Of a stretch of 64,000 nucleotides of DNA, positions 45,422-58,526 are shown one piece after another. The stretch is from Selaginella moellendorffii. Lineage: Eukaryota; Plantae; Lycopodiophyta. The translations under genes were made by a program, and so were the position numbers. The notes under the pieces were generated by a model. That model ran no database searches and was not told the origin of the DNA. It was given only the letters and a program-made list of their open reading frames with translations. How positions within the stretch are numbered: the first letter of the stretch is position 1; every line of letters starts with the position of its first letter. The stretch is taken from assembly GCF_000143415.4 (NCBI RefSeq), contig NW_003314262.1:5225876-5289875 (forward strand). The letters are read 5' to 3'.

Positions 45422-47548
45422 TCAGTGCTGGATCAAAGTCGTTTCTTCCTGCCCGGCTTGTGGGGATTGTTTCTCTTCTACTGAGCCAAAGAAGAAGAGA
45501 AGAAATCCCCACAGCCAAAAGGCGGCTGCCAGGAAGTAGATTGAGGTCAGGATCAAAGCGGTCGACCTCCAATTGTGTAGCTTATCCTGTACGTGTAAGG
45601 TTTGCAGTGAGAAAGGCACAGAAAAAATTAGAGCTAACTGACCTCCACTAATCCGACAAGAGGGGAGGAAGGGACGTCCCCAAGAACATGTATTAAGACA
45701 GTCGAAGTTGCCATAGCTAACGCTCGCAGTTCTTGAGGCACACTTTGTAGATTTAACTGATTGACAGGGCCCTGCAAGAACACAAGAGAGTGTTGACATA
45801 GTGAAGAAAGCACGCAAAATACCTGTGTCGCGAAAAGAAATAGCTCTGCCACAGCGAATAAGAAAATAAACAAAACCACGTTTCTCGACGAGAAGGCGAG
45901 CATGCATCCAACTCCTCCAACGATAGTTGATAGCGCAAGGAGCTGCGATCAAACCGGTGCTACGTAAGAAACTGTCAATCGAGTTTGGCTATATACCTTG
46001 AATCCGTTCCGTATGGAAGATCCAATGAAATCGAGTACGGCACCTCCCACAAAAGTACCGATAACTCCACACAGCATGGTAACCCCACCAAAAATTAGAT
46101 CCGCGCTTTTCTGCGAAACCAAAACATCAAAGTCCGAAATGATAAAACAAGCACCAACAAACCATCTGATAGATCGCTTCACCAGCTTTTGGACCCCAGT
46201 ACGAATAGGCGCCTAACACAAAATTGAACGCGATATACCCTGAAAGTAAAAGAATGTACGCATGAGTTGGAAAGTAGGATCCATGGAAAACGGTACCTAG
46301 AACATTGATCATATAAACTTTGTTTTGGAAAAGATCTCTGAAGTCATAAAGGACGCCTTTCAATTTTGAAAGACCAGGTCTTTTAGCTGATCTGCAAGAA
46401 ATAGGACAAGAATTTAGAATGCTAATATAATTGATACCAATGGCTCACCGTTCACTATTCTCCACCGTGGACTGCTCCTCGTCTATTAATGTATACAAAT
46501 CTAAACGCGAAGTTGAGCACAAAAGTCGACAAGGCACGCACGTACCGTCATTAGAGTTCGACATAAGATTGATAGGAGCGGAAACAAATCCAAACACCGC
46601 AAAGGGGAGCATGATCAAAGCCTCCAGGAAAAAGGCTGCCCTCCAATGCAACAAGGATCCAACCTGAAAGTACTGTAAGAACATGTTCCTATACGAGACT
46701 CCAGGACAACATACCACACCCCCAAACACGTAGCCCAATGCCACTCCAACCGGTATGCACATGTAAAAGTACGAAAGCCATCTACTTTTCTGCATCAACC
46801 GGTGCTTAGAAACAACATCACAAAACTTATAAATCTTACTTGTTCGGGGGGAGCATAATCGTCAATGAATGGAGCTGCGAGGCTGACGAACGAAGCTTCT
46901 CCCACTCCAACAAGCCTGCATTGAGCCAGCAAGAGTGGTCAGCCAAGCAGGACCGAAATAGCGAATTACTTACAGTCTAAAAGATGCGATCGACCAAAAT
47001 CCCACAGAGAAACCGCAACCAGCAGTGGCAAACGTCCAGACCGAAAGGCCAACTCCGATTAGCCGGAAAGGATTGCAGCTGCAACTCAATAACCAGTAAG
47101 TTCGAGAGAAAAGAAAGAAAAGGAAATCTATCACGAAAACTTACCTTTTCGTTAGCTCGGCGAAAATCGGAGACGCGACCAGGAGTCCTCCCATGAAAGC
47201 CGACGACAAAACACCATCTTGGAAATTCGAGAGCTTAAACTCACCCCTGAAAAGAGGCTCAAACGCATGAGAAAACTCCAACGAGGAACTCGTGTTCCTT
47301 TGCTTCTCACGTACTGTATCCCAGATCCATGCGAGCAAGCCTCGTTTGCGCGGCAAGTATAGTTCCCAGGAGCGCCATTCACGCCATTGCTCGCGATCAC
47401 GCCGCGGTCAACGTAGTTGAGGAGATTGATGACACAGAAGAGAACGAGCAACCTGGAAGGTAGAAATTTCGCAATCGCAATCGCGCAATGGGTAATCTCA
47501 CCTCATTGGAGTGAACCATTGGGGCTGCTGCTGCGCTTCTATCGCCAT
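45422..47548 (-). CDS. Spinster-like MFS transporter (probable sphingolipid transporter), multi-exon
   Basis: WFTPMR/LLVLFCVINLLNYVDRGVIASNGVNG, QDGVLSSAFMGGLLVASPIFA, GVGEASFVSLAAPFIDD, GAYSYWGPKAG and IHVLGDVPSSPLVG. Confidence 0.92.
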
Positions 47549-47631
47549 CGCCAGAGCTCTAGCTCTCTCCTCTCAAATAATAAGAGATAGATTTGCCCTA
47601 ACCCTAGAACAGAGCTTTAAGGGGCAGGGAA

Positions 47632-48971
47632 ATGCTGAAAGTGGTCGCCTTTCCTCTGCGGCTTGGGCGGCGATGGGCATTCCAGGTTCTTCCCTCTCCG
47701 ATCGTCCAAGAATCTGGCGGCATCCCTGCCGGATCCAGCACCTGGGACACGGTGCGCGAGCTCGGCGATCGCATCATCGCCACGCCCCGGCTCTCGGATC
47801 GCATTGACATCTTTGTGCGCTTCGCGGAGGACCAGGTAGGGTCTCGATTCTCCTCGCATTTTGGCTAGAATTTGCGGCCTCCATTCCGGCAGATGCAAAG
47901 GAAGTGGCAGGATCTCGCGGCGGCGCGCCCTGGAACCATCCGGAGCAAAATCCACAGGTGCTTCTTCCCGAGAGAGCTCGTTTGATTCTTTTTCTTGTAA
48001 GCTTGATGGATTGTCACTTGTCACAGGCGTGGATGGTGCTGATGGTTGCGTTTACCTCTCTATCTACAGACAAGGAATGAAGCTCCTGGCGAAGCTCGAG
48101 CCCTCGGAGCAATTTTTCAAGGCGATTCCTCCGGATGCTACCAAGATCAACATCATCCATCCTTCGAGGTACGCATTGCTCGCGTGAAGAAAAGTATGGA
48201 TGGACAATATAAATAGAAGTTTTTCTTTCTTTGAAAGTTTTCTTTCTTCGAGAGTTTTTCCTTCTTTTTCTTTCTTCGAGGCTTGTTTCTAAGATGGAAT
48301 TGTGATGTTTCAGCTTGAATTCACGTCTTGCGAGGCGCAGGCTGCGACATCTAGCTATAAGGTCTGTGCTTTTCCATGTCCGAGAGAATTGTTTTTGACA
48401 CTTTGGAGATGCAGTGGGACTGCTTTTCACAGGAGACTGCTCTATGGTTCGCTCGCGTTGCTTCCTTTCTCTTCGCTCTTCGCGGTTAGCTTTCCTATAA
48501 TCTTTTTCCAGAGTTTCTTGTTTCTAAAGCGTGAGTTCTGTGGATAGATTGTACCCTTCCCAAACGTTGTCATACTCTGGAACTTCTTCCGAGTCCATGC
48601 TCACTGGCGAGCTCTTCAAGTAAGTTTTTTGCGCGTTAAACAGCAAAGCAATTGACATTTTCTACAGGGTAGCAGAAGGCTGCAAGCTCTGGTGACCGAG
48701 GAGGAGAAGGCATCGCAGAAAAAAACCAATGCTTGGGTTAGTTCTTCCTCTTCGTTTCATCTGGGTTTTGATTCAAGTTTGTTCGTGGCTCCAGGAATTT
48801 ACACCCTCCGAGAAGCTCGAGAAACTCGTAGATCGTGCCAATTCATCGAGCGCCGAGGCCCTGAGCAACGAGAAGATCGAAGCGATTTGCAAGGAATTTT
48901 GTCTGGAGACCACGGACGTGACGAAATGGAGGGATCACACAAGCAAAATGCTCAAGCTCGCGTGGGTCTAG
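47632..48971 (+). CDS. Mitochondrial K+/H+ exchange-related (Mit_KHE1-like) protein, multi-exon
   Basis: MLKVVAFPL...LLAKLEPSEQFFKAI...RLARRRLRHLA...AFHRRLLYGSLALLPF..IVPFPNVVILWNFFRVHAHWRAL/QGSRRL. Confidence 0.78.
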
Positions 48972-49392
48972 AAAGAAAATTTTTGCGGACGTAGCAGCCA
49001 TGTCACTAGCGTTTGGCCACGCTGGATTTTGAGGTGGCAGTTTCAATACGGCCTGAAATGAGATAGCAAAGTTGGTTGGTTGCGTTGCGAATGGGGAATG
49101 GTTTTCTAGGGTAGGGTTTTGCGCCACGGATGGATGGCAATGCCCGGCGCCAGGCGAGAGAAGATGATCGCGCGATGATCGTCGCGCGGACGAGGCGCTG
49201 TTTTGTGAGATTCTTCCCGCATTTTCGTTCTTGCTCTGGCAGATTCTCTTGACGGGTTTCTTGGCAGTGACGTTGTTCTTGGAGAAGATTTCTTGCCTGG
49301 AAGAAGGGGCACGAGATTTCGTAGGATATTGGTGAGATTTCTCTGTTGCTTTGGCCTTGAGCTACATTGGAAGCGTTCTTTCCTTTGCAGCA

Positions 49393-51049
49393 ATGGCGGA
49401 AGGAGCACGCTATTGCTTCATTGTGAGATGGCTCGATCCGACGAGTGCTCTGATTTGGAAGTACCAGTTTTTCTACAACACCGCGGATTCTTCCATTGAA
49501 ATGGTGGGCATGGATGTGTTCACGCTTTTCTTTCTCTTGACATCTTCTTGTTGTCCAGTATGATATTAAGAACCAAAAGATTTTTCTCAAGCGAGTTAGC
49601 CATCCGGAGATCCGGTTGGAGCATTTGTATATCGGTGGTACTTTTGTCTTGTATTCTAGGCAGCTTGTAGTCGAGGATTATGGTGACGATTTTACTCGCA
49701 AGGAGCTCTCAAATCTGCAAGAAACGTATGCTATTTCCTTTGTTTTTTTATTCATTCTTGTGCACTTCTGGCTAATGTTTCATCCGTGCAGGACCATAGC
49801 CGTGATAAAGCCTGATGCAATCGACAATGTGGGAAAGATTATAGACATAATATACAGCAATGGATTCCTTGTAAAGCAAATGAGGATGTGTAAGTTATCA
49901 TCCCAGCAAGCGGCCCAGTTCTATAAAGCACACGCTGGGAAACATTTTTTCGGGTAAGATCTTTCTTCTACAACATCTACAAACATTTCATTTTTGTGTC
50001 TTTCTCTTTCTTTTCAGTCACATTACAAGCCACATGTCAAGTGGCCCTTGTGTTGCTCTGGAGCTTGTCGCGGAGGACGCAATCAGTAAATGGAGGCTTC
50101 TTCTTGGTGAGATGGCTGTGTTCGTTACAAGTGTCTGTGAGGAACGTAAAGCTTATTCTAAAGCCGGGTTTTCAATAGACAGGTCCTACAGACAGCGTTG
50201 AAGCAAAGGTAAAAGCTCCCAGTTCTATCCGTGCGGAGTTTGGCAGCGACGAGACTAGAAACGCGTGCCATGGATCTGATTCTCCTTGTGCAGCAAAGCA
50301 GGTGTGAGCCTCGACTGAACTCCAGCATTGCTGATCAGTGTTTGTGGCCTTTCAGGAGTCAGACTTCTTTTTCAAGGACAAAAACTTGGGATTTTGCGCA
50401 AAGCTGAAACATTGTACCTTATGCTTGATCAAGCCTCACGCTGTTTTTGACGGTAATCGACTCTTATCTCGATTCACAAAAGCTAACCTTGACTCTGGGA
50501 CTACAGGCTTTGCTGGAATCATCATCGACGCTATTCTCAAGAGATTCGTCATCACAGCCATGGAACTCGTCACATTTGGCCGTCCTAGCGCCTTGGAGTT
50601 TTACGAGCTCTACAACGGTGTTTGCTCCGACTATCATGTAAGCATTCTTCCCTTCGACTTAATGACGAGTGCGTTCTTTGCATGCAGGCAATGGCACAGG
50701 AGCTGTCTGTAGGTCCCTTCATTGCAATGGAAATATGTTACGAAAGCGGTGATGACAACCCCGTGAACGATTTTCGAGACTTTTGTGGGCCTCCTGATGC
50801 GGCAATGTGTAAGGCTTTAAGACCGAGTACGCTCCGAGCGCAGTATGGTATTAACAAGGTAAGTAAAACGATCTTACAATGCGATCTTCTCGGTTTCCTG
50901 GCTAACTTGTTCTTATCAACCAGGTGAAAAACGCTATACACTGCACAGATCTTCCAGAGGACGGAGTCACAGAGTGCACGTACGTGTTCACGCACAAGTT
51001 CAATCCCACACAGGAAGCAACCGTGTACAAGAACCACAACCTGAGATAA
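49393..51049 (+). CDS. NME7: Nucleoside diphosphate kinase 7 (DM10 plus two NDK domains), multi-exon
   Basis: DM10 region ARYCFIVRWLDP...DSSIEM/YDIKNQKIFLKR. NDK-A TIAVIKPDA..SSIRAEFG..RNACHGSDS, and NDK-B TLCLIKPHAV..RPSTLRAQYG..KNAIHCTDLPEDG. Confidence 0.93.
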
Positions 51050-51066
51050 GTAGAGTTAAGAGTCTT

Positions 51067-52809
51067 CTAACACGAAGCTAGATAGTTTGAAGACGGTCTT
51101 GGAATTCTCGTAGGGGGCGGGATGGCTTCGCCGTAGAACCATCCGTCTATGGAGTAAATATTTGCAAGCAAATCGTAAGCTGATGTTTTCAGTGGATCTA
51201 ACTTAAGTACAGATCGAGCAGCGCTTGCTCCTCGCTGGAGATCGCTGTAACTTCGGCAGGCTCCCAGGAAGCACGTCCACTCCAGAGCTTCCGGGACGAA
51301 AGGCATGTTTGCTATGAGATCTCTTGCGTAGCTCAAGTGGCCGGATCGTCCCAGGAGATCGATCACGCAGCAGTAGTGCTGCTTCGTCGGCTCCAGCTTG
51401 AAATCGAGCTGCATGGACACGAAGCTCGCGATTCCATCGCGGACTTTCCCGGCGTGGCTGCAAGAGATGAGTCCTGAGATGAAAGTTACATCGTCTGGAG
51501 CTTCGACTAGCTTCACAAACTTGAAAATTTCGAGAGCTTCCAAGGCATGACCGGTCTGGGCATGCGCTCCCAGGATCGAGTTCCAAGAGAGTATGGACTT
51601 CTCGGGCATTTGCTCGAAGAATTTTCTAACCAACGGGACATTCCCAGCCAGAGAATATGCCGAGAGAAGGATGTTCCATGATACGAGATTTCTTCGCGGC
51701 ATTGAGTGGAACACCTCCATTGCATGCTCAAGATGCCCGTTCTGGGAATATCCCGTGAGAAGAGAGTTCCACGAGACGATGCTGTGATGGGGCATCCTAT
51801 CGAATATACGCTTTGCTTCGCTTATGTAACCACTAGCGGCATATGCCGCCAACATTGTTGTCCAGGAAAACACGTCAGCGGCATCTTGGAATCTCTCGAA
51901 CAAGACACTGGCATTTTCCAGATGCCCACCTTGGGTATATCCCAAAAGCATCGCGTTGAAAGATACGTTGTTTTGCTCTGGCATCTCGTCAAAGACGCGT
52001 TTCGAGTTCTCTAGATTCCCGCAACGGGAATATGCCCCCACCATGGCATTCCACGCCACAGAATCCCTCTCGGGCATCTTTTCAAACAGTGCCTTAGCCC
52101 CAAGGATATGCCCTGCTTGGGCATAGGCTGCGAGCATCGTTGTCCACGAGACTAGATTCCGTTGAGGCATCCGCCAGAATATCCCCGCGGCACTCTCCAC
52201 GTTGGCATTTTGGGCGTGCGCATCCAGAAGTGCATTCCACGCCACTATGTCGTGCTGAGGCATATTCGCAAAAAAGTGCTGTAATTGGAGCATTTGCCCA
52301 GTGTGGGCAAATGCAGTGATTAGGGCTGTCCACGAAGCAAGCGTCCAGTAGGGCATTGCAAAGAACAGACGCTCGGCAGCTTCACATCGACTAGATCTAG
52401 CGTAGAAAGATAGCACCAAATTTAAAGAAACTAGATTCGGAGCTTCGATTTCTCGCGCGATCGCCATCGCCCTCTCCAAATCCCCAATCTGGGCATAAGC
52501 AGCTAGCATCGTATTGCACGCAACCGCGCTTCGCAGTGGGATCCGATCGAAGAGGGCCTGGGCTTCATCGAGGTCGCCGGCGCGGGCGTAGATCGAGATC
52601 ATGATCGCCCACGAGTAGATATTGTTTTGGAGCGCTTGATCATCGAAGACCTTGCGGGCATCTGCTACGCTGCCGCATCGGGCATACATTTGGATTAGGC
52701 TATTGCGCAGCAGCACCGAATCGCACTGCCAGGATGGAATCTGGGCGTGGAGCTGGATCGCCACCGACAGAGCCTGGCATGTCTGGATTTGCTCGAGGCA
52801 AGTGTTCAT
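51067..52809 (-). CDS. PLS-class pentatricopeptide repeat protein with E domain and no DYW domain, intronless
   Basis: Many MPxxxxVSWNxMLxAYAQxG repeats, and C-terminal PDDVTFISGLISCSHAG..HYCCVIDLLGRSG..MPFVP...YDLLANIY. First in-frame ATG is at 52809. Confidence 0.93.
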   Translation of the reverse strand: MNTCLEQIQTCQALSVAIQLHAQIPSWQCDSVLLRNSLIQMYARCGSVADARKVFDDQALQNNIYSWAIMISIYARAGDLDEAQALFDRIPLRSAVACNTMLAAYAQIGDLERAMAIAREIEAPNLVSLNLVLSFYARSSRCEAAERLFFAMPYWTLASWTALITAFAHTGQMLQLQHFFANMPQHDIVAWNALLDAHAQNANVESAAGIFWRMPQRNLVSWTTMLAAYAQAGHILGAKALFEKMPERDSVAWNAMVGAYSRCGNLENSKRVFDEMPEQNNVSFNAMLLGYTQGGHLENASVLFERFQDAADVFSWTTMLAAYAASGYISEAKRIFDRMPHHSIVSWNSLLTGYSQNGHLEHAMEVFHSMPRRNLVSWNILLSAYSLAGNVPLVRKFFEQMPEKSILSWNSILGAHAQTGHALEALEIFKFVKLVEAPDDVTFISGLISCSHAGKVRDGIASFVSMQLDFKLEPTKQHYCCVIDLLGRSGHLSYARDLIANMPFVPEALEWTCFLGACRSYSDLQRGASAARSVLKLDPLKTSAYDLLANIYSIDGWFYGEAIPPPTRIPRPSSNYLASC

Positions 52810-53163
52810 GGAGCCATTCAATGCCTAGAGGTCAAGCGCTCGATTCCCGGGACAACCAGCGAGAGCGAGACACGTACACGTACACACGCCTACGCCCTAC
52901 GTTCGAATCCGGGCCACTTCGTCTAGGCTATGGCTATGGCTACCGCCAAGCATTGGGGTCCTCCTGGCGCGCTCGCGGCCGCGATGGATCTCTTCACCAA
53001 ATCCTAACGACGCTCCTCCGGGACGATCCCACTGCTCCGCCAATTCGAGGCAAGTTCTTCCAGATCTCTCACCAGGAGAAAGAGGGCTTTGTCCCACGAG
53101 GAAATGTTGCTAGAAATCTGAGAGATTTCGTCATAGCAGCCGAGAAGAAAGAGAGAGAGAGCC

Positions 53164-54330
53164 ATGATTCCGGGCCTCGCGCAACTGGGTCCAAGGAGAC
53201 GAAGCAATCGCCAGCAGCAGCAGCAACAGGAGCTCGAGCAGCAGCAAATAAATTCGCAAGAACATCGTTCCAGGCACTACCACCACCAGCACCACCATCA
53301 CCATCACCACCACCATCATCATCACAGCAGACCAAGGGCCTCTACACGATTCCAGGTTCGTTCTTTCTCTCGATTCTTTCTTTTCTTTGTTTCCATTTGA
53401 TATTAACTCTCCTTTTCCAGCATGGTGTTCTTGATCCACCCTCGCAAGGAACTAACACCACCACCAGCGAGACGGCCTCGTCCAGCCGCCCAGTGGAGCC
53501 TTTGTACTCTCAAACAAACTCACACGACCGACTCTTTCGTGCCAGGCTACCATTTCTACTCCAAAGACGCTCCGAGAGCGAGGCTCACAGGGCAGCTGTC
53601 GAGGCTCGCGGCCGTTTGGACGAGCGATTGCGAGAAGCTACATTCTTGGGCAGAAGGTAAATCACACTTTTGTGTTTTCCTGATGCTTAAAACATCTTTT
53701 TTCTTCGACTTGTGCTGATACTCAAAACTTGGTTTTTCTTCGTCCAGGAATCCCGAGAACTCGCTGCCAAGGCTGGCGCAGTACTACTTCAACGCTCTCT
53801 TCTCGGACGAGGACGAGGAGAGCCTCGTCTGGGAGGACGAGCGCGAGTGGGAGGCGAGCTTGACTGAGTGGCTGGCGGGGAGAGTGTCCGGGTTTCGAGA
53901 ATCCTGGCAGCCCGAGTGGATGAACGACTTGCCGGCGTCGCCGATCCAGGGGCTGAGCAAGGCGGCAGTGAACGCTCTTCCCAGGGAGATTTACGGCCAG
54001 AAGCGATCCAGCAAGTGGAGATCGAGCAGCAAAGGTCCGCAGGAAGAACAGGTGGATTGCTCCGTGTGCCTGGAGCAGTTCTTGGCGGGGCAGACTTTGC
54101 TGTGCTTGCCATGCAAGCACAAGTTCCACCCGGCTTGCCTCACGCCATGGCTGGAGCAGCACGAGCAGTGCCCGTATTGCAGAGCTCGCATCCACAGCAG
54201 TAGCAGCGGCGCGGGAGGATCGAGCAAAGGTGGTGACGAGTTTGAGGATGATAATCTCTTGGCTTGGCTGGAAGCGTTCGAGACTGGAATGTCGAGGATG
54301 AGGTTCACTCCCAATGGCAGCACCCGGTAA
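53164..54330 (+). CDS. RING-H2 E3 ubiquitin ligase (RHY1A-like) with poly-Gln and poly-His tracts, 3 exons
   Basis: MIPGLAQLGPRRR start, EARGRLDERLR, and CSVCLEQF...LPCKHKFHPACLTPWL....CPYCR. The long 52734-53660 ORF is only partly the coding frame. Confidence 0.85.
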
Positions 54331-54495
54331 TCCAGCGAAAGCTTGTATATACTTAACATTGGAAAAATTCCAAGAGATTTGATGCTATGATAAGGATTTC
54401 TTGGACAGTTTCGCATATGATACCGATTTCTTTGACGAACTTCACGTAGACTTACACGTTTTTGTGGCAGTTAGACAGATTTGATACAGGATTTA

Positions 54496-55891
54496 TTACG
54501 TAGTGTTTCTGTCAATGCCATCGTCAAAAAAGTTTGAGTTTGTGACTACGTTTGTGTCAAGTTGCTTGTCAACCTTTTTCCTCCTGCGAGCTTCGAATTC
54601 CTCGAAACCATCCATCTGAGTATATGATCCAGCATTAGAGCCTGGCTTTCCAGAGAAAATCGAATTACCTGATGAAGATCTTCCACAGTGATGGGATTGC
54701 CGTGAAGCGACAGAGTTTGCAAGGCGCTACAGCTCTTCAAAAGGGAGCTCGGCAGCTGATTCCACAAGAAAAAAAAACGAGTTTTGGAAAGGAAAAATGG
54801 TGAAACGAGTACTCAACTTGAGAGATTTTGTTCTCCGCGAGCACCAGCGTTTTGAGATGGCTTAGATTGCTCAGTGACTGTGGCAGCTGCTCGATCCTAT
54901 TTCCTGAAAAAACAGAAAGAAAGCTCTCAAGACTATCAATTTCTTTTGTTGTTACGTACCACTTGCTTGGATTTCTTCGAGCGAGAAACAGCTGCCTATG
55001 GATTCTGGGAGGACTTTCACCTGGTTTTGGCTGATATCGAGAATAACCAGCTAGAAAAACACAAAGGAGATGGAAGAAAACGCTTGTAAGTTCCCATGCA
55101 AAGGATGTAATGTGACAAACTTACGTTTCGTAGGCTTCCCATGGAGCTCGGCAAAGAGGACAAGTGATTGCTTGCAATAGACAAGCGTTCCAATCGCACC
55201 AAAAGCCCAACTGCGTGTGCAAACGGATGAAGAACGAAAAAGAAAAGAGAGAAAAGAACACTCACTCTCGTCCGGGAGCTCGGATAATTGATTTGAATCA
55301 AGAGCGAGCGTTTTGAGCGACGTGAGCTTGACGAAAGTTGAAGGGAGCCTTGTCAAGCTGTTTTCTACAAGGATCTTCAGGTGTAATTGGAACAAATACA
55401 ATGAAATGCAAGGAGAGAAAAAAAAAAAGAAAGCAGAACGAAAGGAAAACGAAGATGAAAGTTACCAGTCTTTGGAGATTGTGGAGGGAGTCGATGCCAA
55501 GCGGAAGCTCACCTGGAATAATGTAGCATCATATAAGTTGGAAGATAGAAAAATGAATCATTCGAAAAGGAAGAAGGAATGACGATGGTGGAACTTGGAA
55601 GACAGAAAAACAAACCGGAAACAAGGAAGTAAGAAACGAACCTATCTTATTGCAAGACGCATCCAGAGTCCTGACCACCTTGGCGATCTCGAAGACTTCG
55701 CTCGGGATTGACTGACCCAAAAAAGGAGAAACAAATCAGTAAAGTCATACCAAGAGTCCTCGACATCAAATCGACCCGAAAAGAAATGGATCAAAAACCT
55801 TCAAACGCGAATCTCGAAGGCCCACAATTCCCGTCGCCTTCCATTTGACTGCCCGCTTTCGAATAGCGCCTTTGCTCGAGCAGCAGCCCAT
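54496..55891 (-). CDS. LRRC57: LRRC57-like small leucine-rich-repeat protein, likely N-myristoylated and S-acylated, multi-exon
   Basis: MGCCSSK...WKATGIVGLRDSRLK, LRR units such as LKTLALDSNQLSELP and LQTLSLHGNPI, and ending MDGFEEFEARRRKKVDKQL...FDDGID. Confidence 0.85.
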
Positions 55892-56313
55892 CTAAGCCTA
55901 GCGAAAAAAAAAAAAACACTTGAACTCTCTCCTCGCGAGAAAGCTCAAAGAAGAAGACCCCCCAATACTTTTTCCCCTCTTTGCCGAGTCAGTCAGCTAT
56001 AGCACACACGCACGCCGTACACACGCAAAATTGTACGGTAACTCCTCGTGAATAAGTTGTCTTTGACAGGGACGCTTTTATAGCTTGGCGTTGATCCATG
56101 GGGGACCAATTCTCCCCAGAGAATTTCTTCGTCAAGCTTAGCACTGTGAAAACTGCTAAAGCCGAGGAGGAGACCTTTCTAAGTGGTCACGGGCGAATAT
56201 TGTTGACAAACCTTCCAGCTCGTCATTTAAATTCCCAACAAGCGAGAGTTTGTTCTTTGTGCGTTTGTCCCTGGAAAGATTTGCGAGTCCTCCTGTGTAG
56301 TCTCCTTTGTTTC

Positions 56314-56779
56314 ATGGACGTGGCTAGAGTGGCGCTCTTGGGTGTTGCTTTAATGCTCATCGTCGGTAAGTCTCGAAGCGATCATCTATTTGGGTGATCC
56401 ATTCTCATTGTTTCTTGATGGTCCCAAGGGATTTGCGAGGGAAACGAGTGGTGCATTGCAAACTCGAGCATTCGCAGCTATGCGTTTGAAGTGGCTCTCG
56501 GGGAAACATGTCAGAAGATCGACTGCTCGGCCATAAGAGAAGGAGGGGAGTGTTTCTCCCCAAACACACTCCCCTGGCATGCATCATACGCCTTTAATCT
56601 CTACTTCCAAAATAATGGGAGGACTCTGGCTGCTTGCCACGCTCTTGGAATGATTGTCCGAGAATACCCAGGTGACACATTACATATTCTCACTCCTTTG
56701 CATATAATATCAACCTTTTCGTCTTTCAGTTCCTCCTAGTGAGAGCTATTGCCACTTTGCAAATGCCAGCATTTCTTGA
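56314..56779 (+). CDS. Secreted stand-alone X8 (CBM43, callose-binding) domain protein, 3 exons
   Basis: Signal peptide, then WCIAN...TCQKIDCSAIREGGECFSPNTLPWHASYAFNLYFQ...C...YCHF. Confidence 0.85.
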
Positions 56780-57847
56780 TCTGCCCACTTATTATATTTT
56801 GGAGTATATTTTGTCATATGCTTGCATCCAAACGCTTCAGTTTTTGGAGGACTTCCTATCTTGAAAGAAAACTCCAATAGTATAATACTTAATTCTCCCC
56901 TGCCAATTATTCATAGATTAATGATGGTTCTGGCAGTATCTAAAAGCATATTTGCTAATGCTTAAATTAGAGTAGTAAACAAAAATAAATTATTTTAAAA
57001 TTTTATCAATTAATACTTGTTATCAATCAGTATTTCATGAATGAAAAATTTGCTATGCGTTGCATGTAGCAACATTTGGTTTGCTTAATAGTAGTGTTAT
57101 TTTTACTTATTAATCCAATTGATCAAATATTATTTATAATTTATAAACACAAGATTAATCTTATTGCATATAAACCATTAGATGGTAGAATAAAAAAGAA
57201 TATACTAGAAAGTGTTTAAGAAAGTTTATAAAATATAAACATGTTTATAAATTAGATTAATCTAAATCAATAACAACCATAAAATGGTAGAATATCCAAG
57301 CATATTCTAGGTATATCAACTACCATCCCAGTTTGCTTAAGCAAACCAACAATTACTAACAATATTAAACTACTTCTTTGTAAAATAATTCCTATATTTG
57401 AATATCTTATGAATAATGTTTTATAAAATACATAAGATAATTAAAAAATTAACTTATTTTATATGTAAAGCATTATCATATATAATAAATTTTTACATTA
57501 TAAATTTAATACATAATTTTTAAATTTTGGGTTTTATTTATTTTATTTTAAGGGAAGTGAGGTTGAATAATTAAAAAAGTTTAATTAATGATATCTACAT
57601 TGTTGTTGTTAAACAAATGATCTCTAATATCTGATAAATATATAATCTAGACGACTCAGTAGAGATGTTTATCAAGGGAATTACATCTATGAAGTAGGGG
57701 TGGAAGGTAAATGTTTACATTGTTAAGATGGAGATGCTGACTTTTTACAAGTTAGTTATTATTATAATTATTTAATTTTTTCATGGTTTATTCATTTTTA
57801 TTTTATATTTATTATCATTTTTGAAAGTGAATAGATATTATAAATAT

Positions 57848-58526
57848 TGTAGCGCACGTGGTTTTTACCCTTATCCTATGGTGATTTACCATAGGATAAC
57901 ACCACGAAGCGGAACCTAAACCCTCTTTATGCCATGTGACAGATGCCACATGTCACATGCCACGTGTCCAAAGGACAGTGGTGTGGAACCCGAGGTTTAG
58001 GGCCCTGGGCCATTGAACGAAGGACGGTGCCAAACTCCCAAGCTTAGAGCCAAGGAGTGATGAAACCGAACCAAGGAGCAACTCTCGAGCATACAGCCCA
58101 AGGACCGAAGGGACAGGAGCCCAGAGCGACTTGGAACAGTCCTAGAGTAACCAATATCCCAATGCCAAGACCAACACGCAAAACGGAGCTAAACAGAGTC
58201 TGGCGCTATTTTGGCATACCGGTGGCCTAACGTGAGGATATGGGTGCTAGCATGGAATGGAACTTGGGCTTAGACCCAAGCCAGACGCAAAACAAGGACA
58301 GACACGCAAGCGGGAGCTAGACTATGCCTCAGGTTGGTCAGCCATGCCCGACCTACCCATTATCCCTACTANNNNNNNNNNNNNNNNNNNNNNNNNNNNN
58401 NNNNNNNNNNNNNNNNNNNNNNNNNNNNNNNNNNNNNNNNNNNNNNNNNNNNNNNNNNNNNNNNNNNNNNNCCCCCCCCCCCCCCCCCCCCCTCCCCCCT
58501 TGAGGAACACACGCTTTGGGCTTTCA
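57848..58526 (-). repeat. Probable 3' LTR of the degenerate gypsy element to the right; contains the assembly gap
   Basis: On the minus strand a purine-rich aagggaggcttgggg is followed by TGAAAGCCCAAAGCGTG...GCGCTACA. GC-richer than its flanks. Confidence 0.62.
58372..58471. other. Assembly gap (100 N) next to a poly-C run
   Basis: Run of N in the sequence. Confidence 1.

Noticed and set aside
52734-53163. N-terminal part of the 308-aa ORF overlapping the PPR start
   Set aside because: The RING gene's family-like start is MIPGL at 53164 in another frame. The upstream part is probably promoter and 5' UTR.
56800-57847. AT-rich stretch checked for a third lectin-like gene
   Set aside because: No lectin motif or sustained reading frame was found on either strand by eye.
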